From Oligoflexus sp. (lineage in GTDB: Bacteria > Bdellovibrionota_B > Oligoflexia > Oligoflexales > Oligoflexaceae), in assembly GCA_041736305.1 (NCBI GenBank), contig JBGSTX010000101.1:1-10616 (forward strand): DNA of 10,616 bases, written 5' to 3'. The notes under the pieces are model-generated. The model had not been told where the DNA came from, did not search any database, and saw only the letters and a program-made list of their open reading frames with translations. Positions 7,092 through 10,616 of the stretch are shown one piece after another. Within the stretch, counting starts at the first letter, position 1; each line of letters begins with the position of its first letter. The translations under genes and the position numbers were made by a program.

Positions 7092-7182
7092 TCCAGGTGG
7101 AGAAAAGTGCTAAAAGGAATTCCTACTTTCTCTGCCAAAGCAGGAGTGAGATGCTGCCTGCATTACAGGCGAGGGGGCTTGC

Positions 7183-9657
7183 ATGAGGCGCAACGTTCAA
7201 GCTGATCGACTCGACTGGGATTCCCGATCCGGTCTCTCTTCGGCTGAGGCCAGGAGAAGGCTGACGCTCTATGGCCCCAATGCTATTGTTGAAAAGTCAG
7301 GCTCCGCACTGCGTGATCTGCTTGTCGACACCCTCAAAGATCCTATGCTCTGGTTCCTGCTCGCAACGGCTTGTCTTTTCTTTACCATAGGGCAATGGCG
7401 AGAAGCTGTGATACTTGTGCTCGCCATCATACCCCTAACAGGTATGGACGCCTTTCTTCATTGGCGAACTGCCGCATCGACTAGAGATCTCCAGAGCCGA
7501 CTGGCTCAAACAGCTCGTGTGATGCGAGACCAGCAGATCGTAAATTTGCCTACACTTTCGCTCGTGCCAGGAGATCTCGTGGTGGTTCGCTCGGGAGAGT
7601 TTTTCCCCGCGGACGGCATCATTTTAATGGCAGATGATGCGCAAGTTGACGAGTCTGCTCTAACTGGTGAGTCTCTTCCCCTAAAAAAAGTACAGCTAGC
7701 AGACTTGCCGGCAGGCAAAGAGCCTCCCATTGCTGCAGAACATTGGGGCTTTGCCGGAACCAAGCTCTTGGTCGGCGAGATCCAACTCAAGTTGGCTTTT
7801 ACTGGGTCAGATACTTTCTACGGGGAAATCATACAGTCCGTTCAGTCAAGCGGGCATGAACAAACGGCCCTGCAAAAATCTATAGCGCTACTCGTGAAAA
7901 AGCTTCTCCTTGCAGCTGTCGCGTTTTGCATCGTCCTGGCCATAACGAGGTTGATGCAGGGCAAAGGCTTTGTCGATGCCATAGTCAGCGCAGCTACGCT
8001 CGCCATCGCGGCAATCCCCGAGGAATTTCCCGTAGTTTTCACGTTTTTTTTGGGGGTTGGTGTCTATCGCATGGCCCGACGGAAAGCTCTTGTCCGTCGC
8101 GCCGTCTCCGTCGAAAACCTTGGTCGTGTGACCTGCATATGTTCTGACAAGACCGGTACCTTGACTGAAGGCCAACTCCGCCTGGCTCACTGGAAAGCAG
8201 GTGAAGGCTTGACGGAAACAACCCTCTTTGAGATTGCGCAGTGGGCGTCCCGCGCAGATAGCAGTGATCCTCTCGACCAGGCAATCCTGGGCGCTGCTCC
8301 AGCGCTGAAAGTAGAGGGAGAGAAAATCTCTGTTTTTCCTTTCACAGAAAAGCGGCGCCGGGAAACGGCTATAGTCGACAAGGGGGACGAGCAGCTCTTG
8401 GTAGCCGTCAAGGGAGCTCCTGAAGAAATTTTTAAAAGGATTGAAGCTCCAGCATCAGACTTAAAACCCTATCTAGACCTGGTTTCCCACTTGGCTCGCG
8501 ATGGCCATAAGTTGATCGCCTGTGCTCAGCGCTTCATATCTAAAGCGGACTGGGATGGAGAAGAACCCCAGCATGGGTTTACTCTGGTTGGCCTTCTCGC
8601 TTTTGAAGATCCTGTTCGCGAAGCTGTACCGTCGGCTATCAAGGCATGTCGCCAAGCTAAAATTCATGTCTTGATGATAACAGGCGATCATCCGGATACG
8701 GCGGGGACGATTGCGCGTGAAATTGGGCTCGGTGGGACTCATCCACAGGTTTATAATGCAGAGGATGACGATTTTGAGCAAAAGGATGGCACTTTTTTTA
8801 AATCCATCGACGTGGTGGCACGAGCACTCCCTGCCCAAAAACTAGCTATCGTATTGGCTCTCAAAGCCCAAGGCGAACTGGTGGCCGTTACAGGTGACGG
8901 TATCAACGATGTGCCTGCTCTCCAGGCAGCTGACATTGGTATTGCAATGGGCGGTCGGGGCACGCGGAGCGCACGAGAGGTAGCCTCTATCGTTTTGCTA
9001 GACGATAACTTTGCGACGGTTGTGGGTGCGATAGCTGAAGGACGTCAACTTTTAGAGAACTTAAAGAGAAGTTTTCAATACCTCTTGACTGTTCATATTC
9101 CTCTGGTCACAACAGCTGCCCTACTGCCCCTCCTAGGTTTTCCTATCGTTTATTTGCCTATTCATATCGTATGGATTGAACTTCTGATTCACCCGACAGC
9201 CCTCCTCGCTTTTCAAGATGAGTCAAAAGACGAACTTTTCGAGCCGAGTGGAGAAGGGTCAGCCATCCTTACAAAATCGGATTGGTGGACAACATTATCT
9301 GCAGGAGTCCTTGCTTCACTCATCATCATAGGGCTCTATATCTTTGGCCTTGAAAGTGGCACGGATTACGCCCGAACTTTGGCTATTATAAGCTTGCTTT
9401 TGACCAGTATATTTTCGGCGGCTGCCCTTTGCCGATTGCGGACGCGAGCAGCTCGCATTGTTCTCGGCTTGAGTTTTGTTTCTCTGTTTGTCTTCACAGA
9501 GATTCCGTTTTTTGCCGAAGCTCTGCACGTAGATCCACCAAATTGGGAAGGATGGTTACTTATTCTTGCTACTATTGCGGTAGCGATGGGTATCTCTCTT
9601 GGTGGATGGAGTATCTTAAGGCGTTGGCATAAACGTTTGTTTCCAAACTGGGGCTAA
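7183..9657 (+). CDS. Cation-transporting P-type ATPase (P2-like architecture, substrate uncertain)
   Basis: 824 aa with DESALTGES, AIPEEFP (P279), phosphorylation site DKTGTLT (D322), KGAPE, DP, MITGDH and TGDGINDVPAL, plus a multi-helix C-terminal membrane region. Confidence 0.96.
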   Translation: MRRNVQADRLDWDSRSGLSSAEARRRLTLYGPNAIVEKSGSALRDLLVDTLKDPMLWFLLATACLFFTIGQWREAVILVLAIIPLTGMDAFLHWRTAASTRDLQSRLAQTARVMRDQQIVNLPTLSLVPGDLVVVRSGEFFPADGIILMADDAQVDESALTGESLPLKKVQLADLPAGKEPPIAAEHWGFAGTKLLVGEIQLKLAFTGSDTFYGEIIQSVQSSGHEQTALQKSIALLVKKLLLAAVAFCIVLAITRLMQGKGFVDAIVSAATLAIAAIPEEFPVVFTFFLGVGVYRMARRKALVRRAVSVENLGRVTCICSDKTGTLTEGQLRLAHWKAGEGLTETTLFEIAQWASRADSSDPLDQAILGAAPALKVEGEKISVFPFTEKRRRETAIVDKGDEQLLVAVKGAPEEIFKRIEAPASDLKPYLDLVSHLARDGHKLIACAQRFISKADWDGEEPQHGFTLVGLLAFEDPVREAVPSAIKACRQAKIHVLMITGDHPDTAGTIAREIGLGGTHPQVYNAEDDDFEQKDGTFFKSIDVVARALPAQKLAIVLALKAQGELVAVTGDGINDVPALQAADIGIAMGGRGTRSAREVASIVLLDDNFATVVGAIAEGRQLLENLKRSFQYLLTVHIPLVTTAALLPLLGFPIVYLPIHIVWIELLIHPTALLAFQDESKDELFEPSGEGSAILTKSDWWTTLSAGVLASLIIIGLYIFGLESGTDYARTLAIISLLLTSIFSAAALCRLRTRAARIVLGLSFVSLFVFTEIPFFAEALHVDPPNWEGWLLILATIAVAMGISLGGWSILRRWHKRLFPNWG

Positions 9658-9769
9658 ATGAGTGTGTTACATTCCGGGCAGCATTTCTTGCTCTTGGTTC
9701 ACTCTGCGTGCAGATTTGCGCTCGCAGTTGGGGTGGAACGCGTGGCGATCAACGGAGGTGAGATTGAGT

Positions 9770-10616
9770 ATGACAAGTATAAGTGGATGGGTAGCACTAG
9801 CTCTTTTTATACTGTCGTTTTTTCTAGCTGTTCGTCTTCCCTCTGTAAATCGAATCTTTGGAGGCCTGCAGCATCAGCTTCGCTGGCACCACAGGGTAGC
9901 CTTGCTGAGCATGGGGGCTATGCTCTGGCATCTTTTTCAATTGCTTTGGTCCTATGGTTCTGCGTTCCCTATGCTTTTTAACTTGAAGGAGCTCTCCCTC
10001 TTCATGGGCTGGGTAGCGCTCGCAGCGGCTATTTTCGCAGGTTTCTTTGCCTTTCTCCGCAGCAGCATGCCTTATAGACGTTGGCATATGATTCATCTTG
10101 TGACTTGCCTCAGTCTGCTCGCCGCGCTCTTGCATACATACTTCGTGCTGCAGCCCCAGATCCTGAGTGAATGGAGCCTTTTTCTGCTCACTTTTGGGCT
10201 AGGTTTTCTGGCCCTGCTCCTACTCGTGATTCTCCCCAAAGCTGGGTTCTGGGGTAAGGGCTATCAAATAAGTGCGCTAAGCGAAGTACGTCCGGGCCTT
10301 TTTCTTTTAGAGCTTCAGGTTAACGAAAACGTCAGTCCTCTATCCTACTTGCCCGGACACTTTATATATGTCAAATTCCTCGATACGGCCTTCACGCGCA
10401 TCTGGCACCCCTTTACCATTGTCTCATCTCCCGCTCGCTCCGAGCTCGAGCTTCTTATTAAAGCGCGAGGCCAGGATACCAATAAACTGCGAAACCTGAA
10501 GGTACCGAGTCCGCTTCGTGTGCTCGGTCCGTTTGGTAGTCCATTCTGGAAGAAAGATGAAAGCCAGTTGTGGGTGAGTTACGGGGTTGGGGCTGCGATT
10601 TTTCTAGCTGCAATTC
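9770..10616 (+). CDS. Ferric reductase-like / bacterial NADPH oxidase (NOX)-like flavocytochrome, 3' end truncated by the window edge
   Basis: Not in the ORF track. My translation from ATG 9770 (SD GGAGGTG at 9754-9760) is open for 282 codons: MTSISGWVALALFILSFFLAVRLP..RIFGGL..WHHRVALLSMGAMLWH...YRRWHMIHLVTCLSLLAALLH...PGHFIYV...WHPFTI...IKARG...GPFG...QLWVSYGVG. It has bis-heme His pairs (H40/H54, H109/H122) and FAD-domain motifs. Confidence 0.9.
   Translation, partial: MTSISGWVALALFILSFFLAVRLPSVNRIFGGLQHQLRWHHRVALLSMGAMLWHLFQLLWSYGSAFPMLFNLKELSLFMGWVALAAAIFAGFFAFLRSSMPYRRWHMIHLVTCLSLLAALLHTYFVLQPQILSEWSLFLLTFGLGFLALLLLVILPKAGFWGKGYQISALSEVRPGLFLLELQVNENVSPLSYLPGHFIYVKFLDTAFTRIWHPFTIVSSPARSELELLIKARGQDTNKLRNLKVPSPLRVLGPFGSPFWKKDESQLWVSYGVGAAIFLAAI

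Noticed and set aside
7506-9632. Numerous short alternative-frame and antisense ORFs inside the ATPase, and similar ones inside other genes
   Set aside because: They are fully nested in well-supported genes and show no motifs or convincing SD sequences.
9658-9981. 107-aa ORF starting immediately after the ATPase stop
   Set aside because: It overlaps the NOX-like gene out of frame and has no recognisable motifs, while the NOX frame has a strong SD and family motifs. There is no evidence for stop-codon readthrough.
1-10616. Anti-phage defence system, prophage or mobile element
   Set aside because: No nuclease, integrase, transposase, reverse transcriptase or phage structural motifs were seen, and no terminal repeats or obvious compositional break.

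Overview
Gene-dense bacterial chromosomal window (about 50% GC by eye) with 11 supportable CDSs and no rRNA, tRNA, CRISPR array or mobile element seen. Left part: a DUF4336/MBL-fold-like gene running off the left edge, a hotdog acyl-CoA thioesterase and a GreA/GreB-family factor. These are followed by three co-oriented exported proteins: a tandem PAN/Apple protein, a tandem-DUF1330 lipoprotein and a CotH-family kinase lipoprotein with four C-terminal CBM10-like DxDxDG-WGWE repeats. Right part: a membrane-anchored LuxR-type regulator with an exported glutathione peroxidase behind it. These are divergent from a run of a His-rich DUF2231-like membrane protein, a P-type ATPase with an unusual His/Glu/His membrane site, and a NOX/ferric-reductase-like flavocytochrome that the ORF track missed and that runs off the right edge. 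The right-hand cluster is the best candidate for an undescribed redox/metal-handling system. All family calls come from recognising motifs by eye, not from database searches.
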